Shown: positions 8,499 through 18,492, counted from the first letter of the stretch. The stretch: 18,738 nt of DNA from Campylobacterota bacterium (GCA_034661055.1 JAYEKO010000034.1:1-18738); one strand, 5' to 3'. The notes: generated by a model not told the origin, from the letters alone. A program made the numbers and translations.

Positions 8499-9062
8499 TT
8501 AAAGTTTTTGTAATTTTTTCAATGCTTCTTTTACCAATGAAGCAGTATCTTCACCTTGACATGATGCAAGAGCAGATGTGATTTGATTTTTTTTGAAACC
8601 TAATGACTCTAGTGCCATAGTTGCTTCAGATGAAGCAGTAGATGTATTTGTTGATGAACTGACAAGTTCTAGATCAAATCCATTTAGCTCAACTAAAATA
8701 CGCCCTGCGCTCTTAGGTCCAATACCAGGCACTTTCTTGAGACCTGCAATATCACTTGATGCAATAATAGAAGCAAATTGACTCGTAGTAAACGTTGAAC
8801 AGATTGCCATAGCAACTTTTGGCCCTACGCCACTAATTTTAATGAGTCGAGTAAAGAGTACTTTTTCACTTAACTCCTTAAACCCATATAATAGCTGAGC
8901 ATCTTCGCGAATTATATGAGACGCATGCAGCTTAACACGCTCATCGCCAACTGCAGCATAGGTCTGAAGTGAAACAAACACCTCATAAACAATGCCATTC
9001 ACATTTACATGTAAAACATTGGGGTCTTTAAACTCAATTGAACCTTCAATACCGACAATCAC
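8499..9062 (-). CDS. ruvA: Holliday junction branch migration protein RuvA
   Basis: [11 protein letters not shown], HhH motifs ISGVGPK and [19 protein letters not shown] start. Confidence 0.97.
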   Translation of the reverse strand: MIVGIEGSIEFKDPNVLHVNVNGIVYEVFVSLQTYAAVGDERVKLHASHIIREDAQLLYGFKELSEKVLFTRLIKISGVGPKVAMAICSTFTTSQFASIIASSDIAGLKKVPGIGPKSAGRILVELNGFDLELVSSSTNTSTASSEATMALESLGFKKNQITSALASCQGEDTASLVKEALKKLQKL

Positions 9063-10987
9063 TCGTCAACTTCTTCAATAAAATATTCAACTTCATCCTC
9101 TTCTAATTCCTGTTTTTTAAGTCCTAGAAGTTCAATTTTTGCTGCATTTGGAGGTAAAAAAGTCACCTCTTGTTTTGGTTCAACAAGGCGAAAAATCACC
9201 TCATTATGTCCACTCCACCGATCATGATTGATAACACGAGCATCAAAAATATCATTTTGAAATGACTTATGTTTTTGTGAAAGAGTACTATAACGATCAT
9301 TTTTAACTTTTAACTCATCTTTTAAACTCTGAAGGTGCTCAAACATTGCTTGAAACTGCTTATATTTTTTCACAAATGCAGTTGGCATCTTAACTCCCTT
9401 CTTTTTATAACCGGCTAGAAGTTTTTTAATTTCATTGAATGAGTGCGTGTTATCTTTAAGCTTCTTACTCTGTACCTTAATCTCTGCTTCAACTTCTTTA
9501 ATATGAACTTTAGCTTCGTTTATCTGATCTTCATTACTCTCTAATGAACTGTGAGCTTTCTTCATAACAACCGGGTCAATAATAAGCTTATTCTCTTCAC
9601 CCTTGAGCCGTTTAATTTCAATTTTATGAGCTGCTTGGATATTGACATGTGAGGCTAAAGTATCAATGACGACCTCATTGGCAATAATCTTACCTCCCAT
9701 CGCTTGAGAGATAGTCACCTTTTGTGCTTCAATAATACCATGTTCTAATCTAGTTATATGAATCTCATCTCCACTAATAAAGCCTTTGTGAATATTAACC
9801 TTGGCCTCATTTGCATAAATCTTTGAACTCTTATGCGTTTGGCCATCAACTACTGCTGTATTTGCTCTTACTGTTGCATTTGGACCGACATTTCCTTCAA
9901 TATTAATTTCATTGACCTCCACATCCATACCCATACCAACGGCATCTTTTAAAACATCTTTCTCTTTAACATTTATTGAGACATCGGCATCTAATTCACT
10001 CTCAATAGAACCAGTTGTCTTAAAACTTATCTCTGCAACATCAATATCTTGTCGAATATCGTAAGTACCATTCTCAAAAGTAACATAACCGCCATCTTGA
10101 GCTAAATACGTAATGTTATCATCACCTACAACTACTTTGATTTTATCAGTTACATTAAACGTGGGTTCATTTTTAACTACAGGCTCTTTAGGCTCTAAAA
10201 ACTGGCCTCTACAGTTTCGCCCGCTCTCTCCGGGTTTTGGCTTAATGTACTCTATTAGCATTTCACCTGGTGTTGTACTAAGCAGGTAACCCCTCTTCGA
10301 GTAATCAACCTTATCGCCATCCTCTTCACTCTCTTGCTTTTTTTCGTAATGTAAGATCAGTTTATCATCTACCGTTGCAAGAGGGTCTAAGCCCTCTGAG
10401 ATTAAAAAAACCTCTTTAGTATCAAATGTAAAGCTGCCTGCTACTCTTATTTTTGCAATAATATTACTCAGCTCTGGACCCATCACTTCATCAAAGATAT
10501 TAATTGTCAAATTAGCACGAAGTTTTCTCTTTATAATCTCAGCAAGCATATCTTTTTCAAGATCATCATAATAGGTAACCTCTGAACCTGCTTTAATGGT
10601 TAAATAGACTTTGGTCAACTGTGAATTAGCACCAACAGACATCTGTAAATTAGAAAGTTTATTCTCCTCTTTATCTTCTTTGGCAAAAATCTCAATCTCA
10701 TACACCTGCTTTATTTCAAACTCTCTGCTTAATAGCACTGTTTCATCATGAAGTTCAAAGACCTCATCAGAGGTAAGCTCTTCCCACTCCTCTTCTTTGC
10801 CATCAACAGGCAATTTAGTAAAAGTCTCAACACTAAGCAATCTAAAGTCAAATACAGATACAGGTATTTTATGATTTGTAGAGACTGCTATAAGCTCTTT
10901 TGCGACATTACTGGTTCTAACAATAATAGGAGTAATCTTTTTTGTTTCTACTGTTTTTTGATTTTTCTTATCGCCAAAAAGTGCCAT
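9059..10987 (-). CDS. DUF342 / FapA-family protein
   Basis: 642 aa; [22 protein letters not shown], beta-helix-like middle and C-terminal coiled coil; occupies the position of the DUF342 gene upstream of ruvA in Campylobacterota. Confidence 0.82.
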   Translation of the reverse strand: MALFGDKKNQKTVETKKITPIIVRTSNVAKELIAVSTNHKIPVSVFDFRLLSVETFTKLPVDGKEEEWEELTSDEVFELHDETVLLSREFEIKQVYEIEIFAKEDKEENKLSNLQMSVGANSQLTKVYLTIKAGSEVTYYDDLEKDMLAEIIKRKLRANLTINIFDEVMGPELSNIIAKIRVAGSFTFDTKEVFLISEGLDPLATVDDKLILHYEKKQESEEDGDKVDYSKRGYLLSTTPGEMLIEYIKPKPGESGRNCRGQFLEPKEPVVKNEPTFNVTDKIKVVVGDDNITYLAQDGGYVTFENGTYDIRQDIDVAEISFKTTGSIESELDADVSINVKEKDVLKDAVGMGMDVEVNEINIEGNVGPNATVRANTAVVDGQTHKSSKIYANEAKVNIHKGFISGDEIHITRLEHGIIEAQKVTISQAMGGKIIANEVVIDTLASHVNIQAAHKIEIKRLKGEENKLIIDPVVMKKAHSSLESNEDQINEAKVHIKEVEAEIKVQSKKLKDNTHSFNEIKKLLAGYKKKGVKMPTAFVKKYKQFQAMFEHLQSLKDELKVKNDRYSTLSQKHKSFQNDIFDARVINHDRWSGHNEVIFRLVEPKQEVTFLPPNAAKIELLGLKKQELEEDEVEYFIEEVDE

Positions 10988-11005
10988 TTTATGCCTTAAT
11001 ACATT

Positions 11006-11040
11006 TTAAGACTATATTTTAATCACAAATTGGTTAAAAT
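11006..11040. promoter_or_regulatory. Back-to-back divergent -10 boxes
   Basis: TAAAAT on the minus strand (11006-11011, toward the DUF342 gene) and on the plus strand (11035-11040, toward murJ) in a 75-bp intergenic region. Confidence 0.45.
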
Positions 11041-11062
11041 TACGTAAAAAGAAACAAATTTT

Positions 11063-12469
11063 ATGTTTAAAACTATATTTACTAACAGTTTTGGTATTTT
11101 ATTTTCCAGAATATTGGGTCTTGGGCGAGATTTACTCACTGCTTCTATTCTTGGTGCAAATATTTACACAGACATCTTTTTTATTGCCTTTAAACTTCCA
11201 AATCTCTTTCGAAGAGTTTTTGCTGAAGGTGCTTTTACCCAAGTTTTTTTACCCTCATTTACCCGCTCACGTCATAAAGCTGTCTTCTCCATACATATTC
11301 TTTTAATCTTTTTTTCCATCATAATGTTATTGACACTCATGGTAAATCTATTTCCCCATGCAGCATCTAAAGCCATTGCTCTAGGGTTTGATGCCAATAC
11401 AATTTCACTCGCTGCCCCTTATGTCGCTATTAACTTTTTTTATTTACCCCTTATTTTTCTTGTAACATTCTTTAGCACTTTTTTACAATATAAACATCAC
11501 TTTGCAACTACTGCTTATGCAACTTCCCTTCTTAACATCTCTTTAATTGGAGCACTACTACTTTCAGAAGGGATGAAAGAAGCCACTATTGTCGAGTACT
11601 TAAGCTATGGTGTAATTATTGGTGGTTTACTACAATTGGCTGTACACGTTGTAGCAATTTACCATCTTGGACTAACTCCTCTATTTTCAGGAGGAATTAA
11701 ATATTATCGACAGAAAATAGAGACTATTAAAGCTGAAACTGCAAAATTTAAACAACAATTTTTGCCTGCTGTTTGGGGGAATTCAACAGCACAATTTGCT
11801 GCATTTCTTGATACCTGGCTAGCCTCATTTTTAAGCGTAGGAGATATTAGTTACCTTTACTATGCCAACCGAATTTTTCAACTGCCACTGGCTCTTTTTG
11901 CCATTGCAACCTCCATTGCACTCTTTCCAAAGATATCACGTTATCTTAAAAACAGTGATGAGACAACTGCCTTGCAATATCTAAAAAAAGCATTTTGGTT
12001 TCTCTTTTTTGTTTTAAGCTTTAGCACACTTGGAGGCATAGTTTTATCTCATGAGATCACCTGGTTGCTCTTTGAACGTGGTGCATTTGATGCAAATGAC
12101 ACATTAAAAACTACTACAGTTTTACAGATGTACATGATTGGCTTACTCCCTTTTGGTCTTAGTAAACTTTTTGCACTCTGGATCTATGCACAGCAACGTC
12201 AAGGTGAAGCTGCTAAAATTGCCACAGTTACCCTTACAAGTAATATCATACTCTCTTTAGCACTTATTGCTCCACTTCAAGCAGGTGGATTAGCGCTAGC
12301 AAGCTCACTAAGTGGTTTCATCGGTTTTATTATGACACTTAGAGCCTTTGGCACGCAACGCTTTTTCGATATAATTTCAAAAAAATATCTACTTATTTAT
12401 CTTGGTAGTATGCTTATATTCACACTTATTTTATTTACCTTCAAGGAACTATTACATGGTTATTTATGA
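11063..12469 (+). CDS. murJ: Lipid II flippase MurJ (MviN)
   Basis: SRILGLGRD, FKLPNLFRRVFAEGAF, LYYANRIFQLP, LFERGAF. Confidence 0.97.
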   Translation: MFKTIFTNSFGILFSRILGLGRDLLTASILGANIYTDIFFIAFKLPNLFRRVFAEGAFTQVFLPSFTRSRHKAVFSIHILLIFFSIIMLLTLMVNLFPHAASKAIALGFDANTISLAAPYVAINFFYLPLIFLVTFFSTFLQYKHHFATTAYATSLLNISLIGALLLSEGMKEATIVEYLSYGVIIGGLLQLAVHVVAIYHLGLTPLFSGGIKYYRQKIETIKAETAKFKQQFLPAVWGNSTAQFAAFLDTWLASFLSVGDISYLYYANRIFQLPLALFAIATSIALFPKISRYLKNSDETTALQYLKKAFWFLFFVLSFSTLGGIVLSHEITWLLFERGAFDANDTLKTTTVLQMYMIGLLPFGLSKLFALWIYAQQRQGEAAKIATVTLTSNIILSLALIAPLQAGGLALASSLSGFIGFIMTLRAFGTQRFFDIISKKYLLIYLGSMLIFTLILFTFKELLHGYL

Positions 12470-13856
12470 TTCAGTAGCTAAAACAAAACGGGAGTTTATT
12501 CCCCAGCATGACAATAAGGTTAGTCTCTATGTCTGTGGCCCGACTGTATATGATGATGCTCACTTAGGTCATGCTAAAAGTGCTTTAGTTTTTGACCTAC
12601 TCTCCCGTGTTTTACATGTAAACGGTTATGAGGTGACTTATGCTCGTAACATTACTGACATTGATGATAAAATCATAAAAAAAGCAGAAGATAAAAATCT
12701 CACAATTAGTGAAATAACTGACACCTATACAACTGCTTATCATAATGACATGGCTGATCTTGGCATTAAACGCCCAGACATCGAGCCTAAGGCCACAGAA
12801 TCACTTGAAGCAATGATTGAGATGATTGAAAAACTCATTACCAACAATCACGCCTATAGAACTGACAATGGCGATGTATATTTTGACACAGCATCAGATA
12901 AAAAATACCTCAGCATCTCAAAACAGATTCAAGATGACAACGAACGTCAAAACCGTGTTGAGAATTCAAGTTTAAAACGAAATCCAAGTGATTTTGCTCT
13001 TTGGAAATCGGTTCATGATAACTCTTTTTCTTTTGACACTCCTTTTAGCAGAGGTCGTCCAGGATGGCACTTAGAGTGCTCTGCCATGATTGAAAAGCAT
13101 TTAGCCACAACAGGTAAATACGCTATTGATATTCATGGTGGCGGTGCCGACCTGCTCTTTCCTCACCATGAAAATGAGGCAGCACAGACACGTTGCTCTA
13201 CCAATCATGAACTAGCTAACTACTGGATGCATAACGGTTTTGTCAATATTGATGGTGAGAAGATGAGCAAGAGTCTGGGCAATAGCTTTTTTATTAAAGA
13301 TGCTCTTAAAATTTATGATGGAGAGGTGCTACGTTTTTATCTTTTAAGCACACACTACCGCTCTAACTTTAACTTTAATGAAGAAGATTTATTAGCTTCA
13401 AAAAAACGTCTTGATAAAATCTATCGTCTTAAAAAACGTCTATTTGGACTAAAACCGACAGAGCTTAAAACTGCATTTAAACAAGAGTTAATGGATGCTT
13501 TAAATGATGACTTAAATGTCTCATCAGCACTTGCTTCTATTGATTCCATGATCTCACAGACAAATGAACAACTTGACGCTAACGCTAAAAACAAGCTTGC
13601 TAAAAAAGAGGCTATGGTAAACTTGTTACTTATTGAAGAAGTTTTAGGTTTTGGTACTAAAAATCCATTTGAATATTTTCAGCAAGGAGTTAATGAAGAT
13701 ACAAAAGAGAAAATTAACGCTCTAATTCACAAAAGAAGCCTTGCTAAAAAAGAGAAAGATTTTGCAGCTTCAGACAGTATTAGAGATGAAATTCTATCTT
13801 TTGGTGTCAATATTATGGATACTGCCGAGGGAACCTTTTGGGAGAAGAGTGAGTGA
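12456..13856 (+). CDS. cysS: Cysteine--tRNA ligase
   Basis: YVCGPTVY, HLGH (HIGH motif), GRPGWHLEC, DIHGGGADLLFPHHENE, KMSKS. Start placed at ATG 12456 (MVIYDS...) rather than the track's 12402. Confidence 0.97.
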   Translation: MVIYDSVAKTKREFIPQHDNKVSLYVCGPTVYDDAHLGHAKSALVFDLLSRVLHVNGYEVTYARNITDIDDKIIKKAEDKNLTISEITDTYTTAYHNDMADLGIKRPDIEPKATESLEAMIEMIEKLITNNHAYRTDNGDVYFDTASDKKYLSISKQIQDDNERQNRVENSSLKRNPSDFALWKSVHDNSFSFDTPFSRGRPGWHLECSAMIEKHLATTGKYAIDIHGGGADLLFPHHENEAAQTRCSTNHELANYWMHNGFVNIDGEKMSKSLGNSFFIKDALKIYDGEVLRFYLLSTHYRSNFNFNEEDLLASKKRLDKIYRLKKRLFGLKPTELKTAFKQELMDALNDDLNVSSALASIDSMISQTNEQLDANAKNKLAKKEAMVNLLLIEEVLGFGTKNPFEYFQQGVNEDTKEKINALIHKRSLAKKEKDFAASDSIRDEILSFGVNIMDTAEGTFWEKSE

Positions 13857-15559
13857 GAGAGACACTGCGCCGCTACTGGCCATACTTAAAAAACTATAAG
13901 TTTTACTATTTTTTAGTCTTTATAGGAATTATCTTAACTGTAAGCGCTACAGCTGCAACAGCACAGATTATGCAGCCGCTTATGGATGAGATGTTTATTG
14001 AGCGAAATGAAGATATGCTTGTATATATTCCATTAGGTCTTATTGGAATCTATACTATTAAATCTAGCGGACGCTATTTACAAAGTGTCTATATGAGCTA
14101 CATCGGTTTACATGTAATTTCACTGCTTCGAGAGACTCTGCTGGAAAAGATGCTCTATTTAGATATGGAGTTTCTATATAAAAATAGAAGTGGTGATCTT
14201 ATTTCACGCATTACCAATGATATTACCAGAATTCAATACTTTGTATCTAATATGCTACCTGAACTTTTTCGTGAAGCATTGACTGTTGTTGCATTAGTAG
14301 GCTATATCATCTACTTAAACCCTATGCTCTCATTCTACTCTTTGATTGTTATGCCACTAGTCGTATATCCTCTTATTAGAATTGCTAAACGCCTTAAAAA
14401 ACTCTCTCATCGTTCTCAAGAGAAAAATGCTGATGTTGTGACTCGCTTAAGTGAAGTCTTCAACAACTCTGAGATTATTAAAGCGCACTCGACTGAACAG
14501 TATGAACTTAAACGATTTAGTGATGAGAACTGGAGATTTTTTAACATCAACATGAAGTCTGTCTATATTGCAGAGTTAGTCTCTCCAATCTTAGAGATTA
14601 TTGCTGCATCTGGTCTGGCAGCCGTTATATACATGGGTGGTAAAGAGGTCTATGACGGAAATATGACCGTAGGTGAGTTTACAGCATTCTTAACTGCTGT
14701 TGGTCTAGTATTTCAACCTATTCGCCGTATTAGCTCCATCTATGCCAAAATTCAAGATGCCATTGCTGCGAGTGAACGTGTCTTTAGCATACTAGATATT
14801 GACAACAATATTAAAGATGGAGAGGTGGAACTTAAAGATGCTATTCATAATATTGAGTTTAATAATGTCAACCTTGACTATGAAGATATAGCCGTACTTA
14901 GAAATATACATGTAAATATTTATGAAGGTAAAACAGTCGCACTTGTTGGAGATAGCGGTGGTGGAAAAAGTTCCCTTATTAATCTCATTGTTCGCTTTTA
15001 TGATCCTAAAGATGGCGCTGTAAAGATTAATGGCTTAGATATTAAAAAGTACACACAGCACTCTCTTCGCGACAAAATTGCTATAGTATCACAACGTGTT
15101 TACATTCTTCAAGACACTCTTGCAGCCAATGTTGCCTATGGTCACGACATTAATGAAGAGAAGGTACTGCAAGCACTTAATAGTGCTGATGCTACAAATT
15201 TTGTCAATGAACTTAGCAATGGAATCTATACCGAAATGGAAGAGTTTGGTGCTAACCTCTCAGGGGGGCAACGTCAACGTATTGCCATTGCCCGTGCCAT
15301 TTACAAAAATGCTTCAGTACTCATATTAGACGAGGCAACCAGTGCGCTCGACAATGAGAGTGAAAAGCGTATTCAAGCTGCTCTTGAGGCCTATACTAAA
15401 GATAAAATCACTATTATGATTGCGCATCGTCTAAGTACCATTGAACATGCTGATGAGATTTTACATTTTGGACGTGGCGAAATTATTGCTCGAGGGACAC
15501 ACAGTGAACTCTTACAGCATTCAAAAGAGTACCAACGTTTAAGTGGTACTATGCACTAA
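13853..15559 (+). CDS. msbA: ABC transporter ATP-binding/permease, MsbA-type lipid A flippase
   Basis: 6-TM ABC membrane domain plus Walker A GDSGGGKS, LSGGQ signature, ILDEATS; GTG start overlapping the cysS stop; murJ-cysS-msbA synteny. Confidence 0.88.
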   Translation: MRETLRRYWPYLKNYKFYYFLVFIGIILTVSATAATAQIMQPLMDEMFIERNEDMLVYIPLGLIGIYTIKSSGRYLQSVYMSYIGLHVISLLRETLLEKMLYLDMEFLYKNRSGDLISRITNDITRIQYFVSNMLPELFREALTVVALVGYIIYLNPMLSFYSLIVMPLVVYPLIRIAKRLKKLSHRSQEKNADVVTRLSEVFNNSEIIKAHSTEQYELKRFSDENWRFFNINMKSVYIAELVSPILEIIAASGLAAVIYMGGKEVYDGNMTVGEFTAFLTAVGLVFQPIRRISSIYAKIQDAIAASERVFSILDIDNNIKDGEVELKDAIHNIEFNNVNLDYEDIAVLRNIHVNIYEGKTVALVGDSGGGKSSLINLIVRFYDPKDGAVKINGLDIKKYTQHSLRDKIAIVSQRVYILQDTLAANVAYGHDINEEKVLQALNSADATNFVNELSNGIYTEMEEFGANLSGGQRQRIAIARAIYKNASVLILDEATSALDNESEKRIQAALEAYTKDKITIMIAHRLSTIEHADEILHFGRGEIIARGTHSELLQHSKEYQRLSGTMH

Positions 15560-15568
15560 GGAGCAAAA

Positions 15569-16174
15569 ATGAACCTGATTAAAATTTATCTACTACCTTT
15601 AGTTCTGTTAATAACTCTAAGTGGCTGTAGTACGGCAAACCTCTCCTACAATGGGGAGCAGCTGGCACTACAGGTCGATAAACAGCAGTTTAGTGTCAAT
15701 GGAGAACTGCTTTACACTCACAAAAGTGACTATACCAACCTCTATTTACAACAAGATACTTTACGCTTAGATGCTGGAAACATTGTCACTTACGAAGAAG
15801 CCACTACTGACATTAACTTTGAGTTTAATCTTGCAGTAAATCGTGCAATGAAAGCAATTTTTGATGCAAAAGATATTAAAATACTCTACTCTAAAAGTTT
15901 CTTTTTCATCTTTCAAGTCATACTAAAAGACAATAGCGTACTCAATATTGCTGCGCAACAACATGATGATCAACGACTCAGTTTTGTCTATGGAATGAGC
16001 ACATCACAAACAGAACAACTTCTCACTCATCTAGACGCTCAAACCGATGAAAAACTCATTAAAGATGTCATCATTTTTAAGAATGAAAAAAATACTATTT
16101 TGAGTAAATGGAGTGTTGAGCTGGTACATTTTACACCCATTATTACGCCTGCTCGATACTTGCAAGGGCGCTAA
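15569..16174 (+). CDS. Hypothetical lipoprotein
   Basis: AAGGAG SD; signal peptide with lipobox LSG-C. Confidence 0.8.
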   Translation: MNLIKIYLLPLVLLITLSGCSTANLSYNGEQLALQVDKQQFSVNGELLYTHKSDYTNLYLQQDTLRLDAGNIVTYEEATTDINFEFNLAVNRAMKAIFDAKDIKILYSKSFFFIFQVILKDNSVLNIAAQQHDDQRLSFVYGMSTSQTEQLLTHLDAQTDEKLIKDVIIFKNEKNTILSKWSVELVHFTPIITPARYLQGR

Positions 16175-16201
16175 TGCACCACACTGCATTCTAAGTGATT
16201 T

Positions 16202-16314
16202 TCAACTGAGGCTATTTAGTTTTTGAATATCTTTTAAAAAACTTCTTTCATACTTAACAAGCATATACTAAGTGTTTTTTCTATCTCTTTATTATCAATT
16301 TGAAGTGATAGCAT
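16202..16314 (-). pseudogene. Probable remnant of a type II toxin-antitoxin pair (putative antitoxin N-terminus plus RelE/ParE-like toxin N-terminus)
   Basis: AAAGGA SD + ATG 16314 gives MLSLQIDNKEIEKTLSICLLSMKEVF* (to 16234); overlapping ATG 16264 gives MLVKYERSFLKDIQKLNSLS* (to 16202), resembling the 'v.f.ksF.kDlkkl' start of RelE/ParE toxins. Confidence 0.5.
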
Positions 16315-16449
16315 ATATAATCCTTTTAAAGGTGCCATTTATAAAGTACATTTTATAACAAATAATTTATATTGTAAATTTTTATAATAAGCTCTCTTAA
16401 AAACACTCATACAGCCTCCTTAATAAGGCACTTTTTTTGTTATTCAAGG

Positions 16450-18492
16450 CTAAATAAATTCAAGCTTATTTACAACTTCACTAACAGGGAGCGGGTGACT
16501 ATATAAATAACCTTGAATATGAATACATTCATGTGCTAATAAGAAATCTTTTTGCGCTTGTGTTTCTATTCCTTCTGCAATAATCTCAATATCAAGACTT
16601 TTTGCAAGTGCAATAATTGCTACAACAATAGCCATGTCATCACGACTATATGGAATTTCAGCTATAAAGGATTTATCTATTTTAAGTTTATGAATAGGTA
16701 GAATTTTAAGATATGCGAGTGATGAGTAGCCTGTTCCAAAATCATCTATAGCAATTTTAATACCCAAAGTAGAAAGTTCATTCAAAACATAAATTGCTAC
16801 CTCCGGATCTTTCATAATTTGACTCTCTATCACTTCAAAGGTAAACCAGTGTGCTTCGCATTGATATTCTTGTAGCATATATTTAATACGTTGAATAAAA
16901 TTATGATCTTCAAGTTGTGAAGGTACAATATTAATAGCTATTCTTCCAAAATCCAATCTACTGTCATGCCATATTTTAGCTTGACGCATAGCCATTGACA
17001 TTACTTGGTTATTAATAGCAATAACAAATCCTGTATCTTCTGCTAATGGCAAAAATATATCTGGAGGAGTCATACCACCCTTACTATCTGGCCAACGGAC
17101 AAGAGCTTCTAAACCTATAAGTTTATCTGTCTGTATATTATATTGTGGTTGATAATGAATGATAAACACTTTTTCATCAATAGCACGACGTATTTTTGTT
17201 TGCATCTCTACACGCTCTATGACTCGTGTTGTCATCTCATTGGTATAAAAATGATAATTATTCCGTCCAGCATCTTTTGAGCGATACATTGCAATATCAG
17301 CATTTTTGACTAACTCAAGTGCATCAGTACTGTCTTGTGGACATATACTGATACCTATACTACATGTAATACGCACTTGTTCCACTCCTATATCAATGAA
17401 AAGAGGTAAAATATCTAAAATTTTCTGTGCTAAGACAGACGCCATATAAGGCTCTTTTATATTACTCATAATAATCGTAAACTCATCGCCACCAAGTCGT
17501 GCTAAAGTATCATCTTCTCTAATAACACTCTTTAGTCTTGATGCAACCTCAATAAGAAGCTTATCTCCATATTCATGACCATAGGTGTCATTAATCTCTT
17601 TAAACTGATCAAGATCAATAAAAAAAAGTGCAAAATTCTCATCTTGACGTTTTGCTTTAGAAATACTTTGCTCTAATCTATCATTAAATAAAATACGATT
17701 TGGCAATGCAGTTAAAGCATCATGTGTAGCCTGATAAGATAAAGCATTTTTTTGTGCATTAAGCTCAACATGGTAATTATGCAACTCTTGAAGCATCCTG
17801 TTGAAATTTCTAGCCAAATCACCTACTTCATCATCATTAAATATCTCAATATCGTGATCAAGATTTTTAGTTTCAATAATATTATTTGTGATGATATGGA
17901 GTTTAAAAATAGGATCTAAAATAGATTTGTGTAAAATTACTCTAAATTTATATGTAAGAAGTACTGAGAAAAGAATAATCAATAAAACAGCAGTACTATT
18001 TTGTGCCATTGTGATATAAAAATTGTGTAATGATGCCATAACTACAAGTTGTCCTAATAATTTTGACTCATGCTTGATAGGAACGACACAGTAAAAATAA
18101 CCATCTTTCCAAAGATTTTGATTTTTTCTAATGGTATAAATAACCTGACGTTGCTTAGAAAAGCCATCACCTTTATGAAAAGCACCAATAATTTTCCATG
18201 AAGAGTTTAATGCAAATGTTTGAGAAATTTTCTCATTATATTCAACAGATGCAAGAGTATTAGAGATAGCCAATCTATTCTCACTAATAATACTTGGAGC
18301 GATGTTATCTGCTAGGATTTTTGCAAAAGTATTAGCTTCCTTAACAGTTATTTTTCTTTCATTAATATATTGAACAACTATAAGCAGGATAATTACAATA
18401 AAGGTAGAGGTCAATGCAGAAAAAAGAGTTAAAAATCTTAATTTTCTAGCTATACTCAACTTGTAGTAATAAGACATTAAACCTTTAAACAT
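16450..18492 (-). CDS. Membrane-anchored diguanylate cyclase/phosphodiesterase (TM-periplasmic sensor-TM-HAMP-GGDEF-EAL)
   Basis: Two TM helices flanking a periplasmic region; HAMP (DDEVGDLARNFNRM); HDALTALPNR, intact GGDEF with RxxD I-site (REDD), EAL (GLEALVRW), DDFGTGYSS. Confidence 0.95.
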   Translation of the reverse strand: MFKGLMSYYYKLSIARKLRFLTLFSALTSTFIVIILLIVVQYINERKITVKEANTFAKILADNIAPSIISENRLAISNTLASVEYNEKISQTFALNSSWKIIGAFHKGDGFSKQRQVIYTIRKNQNLWKDGYFYCVVPIKHESKLLGQLVVMASLHNFYITMAQNSTAVLLIILFSVLLTYKFRVILHKSILDPIFKLHIITNNIIETKNLDHDIEIFNDDEVGDLARNFNRMLQELHNYHVELNAQKNALSYQATHDALTALPNRILFNDRLEQSISKAKRQDENFALFFIDLDQFKEINDTYGHEYGDKLLIEVASRLKSVIREDDTLARLGGDEFTIIMSNIKEPYMASVLAQKILDILPLFIDIGVEQVRITCSIGISICPQDSTDALELVKNADIAMYRSKDAGRNNYHFYTNEMTTRVIERVEMQTKIRRAIDEKVFIIHYQPQYNIQTDKLIGLEALVRWPDSKGGMTPPDIFLPLAEDTGFVIAINNQVMSMAMRQAKIWHDSRLDFGRIAINIVPSQLEDHNFIQRIKYMLQEYQCEAHWFTFEVIESQIMKDPEVAIYVLNELSTLGIKIAIDDFGTGYSSLAYLKILPIHKLKIDKSFIAEIPYSRDDMAIVVAIIALAKSLDIEIIAEGIETQAQKDFLLAHECIHIQGYLYSHPLPVSEVVNKLEFI

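Larger units (their letters stand above)
294..17368. repeat. Dispersed palindromic octamer TACATGTA, 13 copies
   Basis: Copies start at 294, 2743, 3112, 3367, 5382, 5820, 6756, 8225, 9006, 12613, 14109, 14907 and 17361 (manual scan). Confidence 0.85.

Noticed and set aside
12402..12455. N-terminal extension of cysS from the track's start at 12402
   Set aside because: Deep overlap with murJ; CysS homology begins at MVIYDS (ATG 12456).
15263..15268. G6 tract as a phase-variation site
   Set aside because: Short, and encodes the conserved LSGGQ ABC signature of a probably essential gene.
2471..15329. Short ORFs nested in or antisense to genes (2471, 3608, 3947, 4304, 4792, 5368, 5981, 6940, 7978, 8593, 10748, 11091, 15096)
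   Set aside because: Shadow or alternate-frame ORFs lying within or largely overlapping well-supported genes.
16414..16439. Possible intrinsic terminator (GCCTCCTTAATAAGGC followed by a T-run)
   Set aside because: Stem of only ~4 bp and ~240 nt from the lipoprotein stop; too weak to call.
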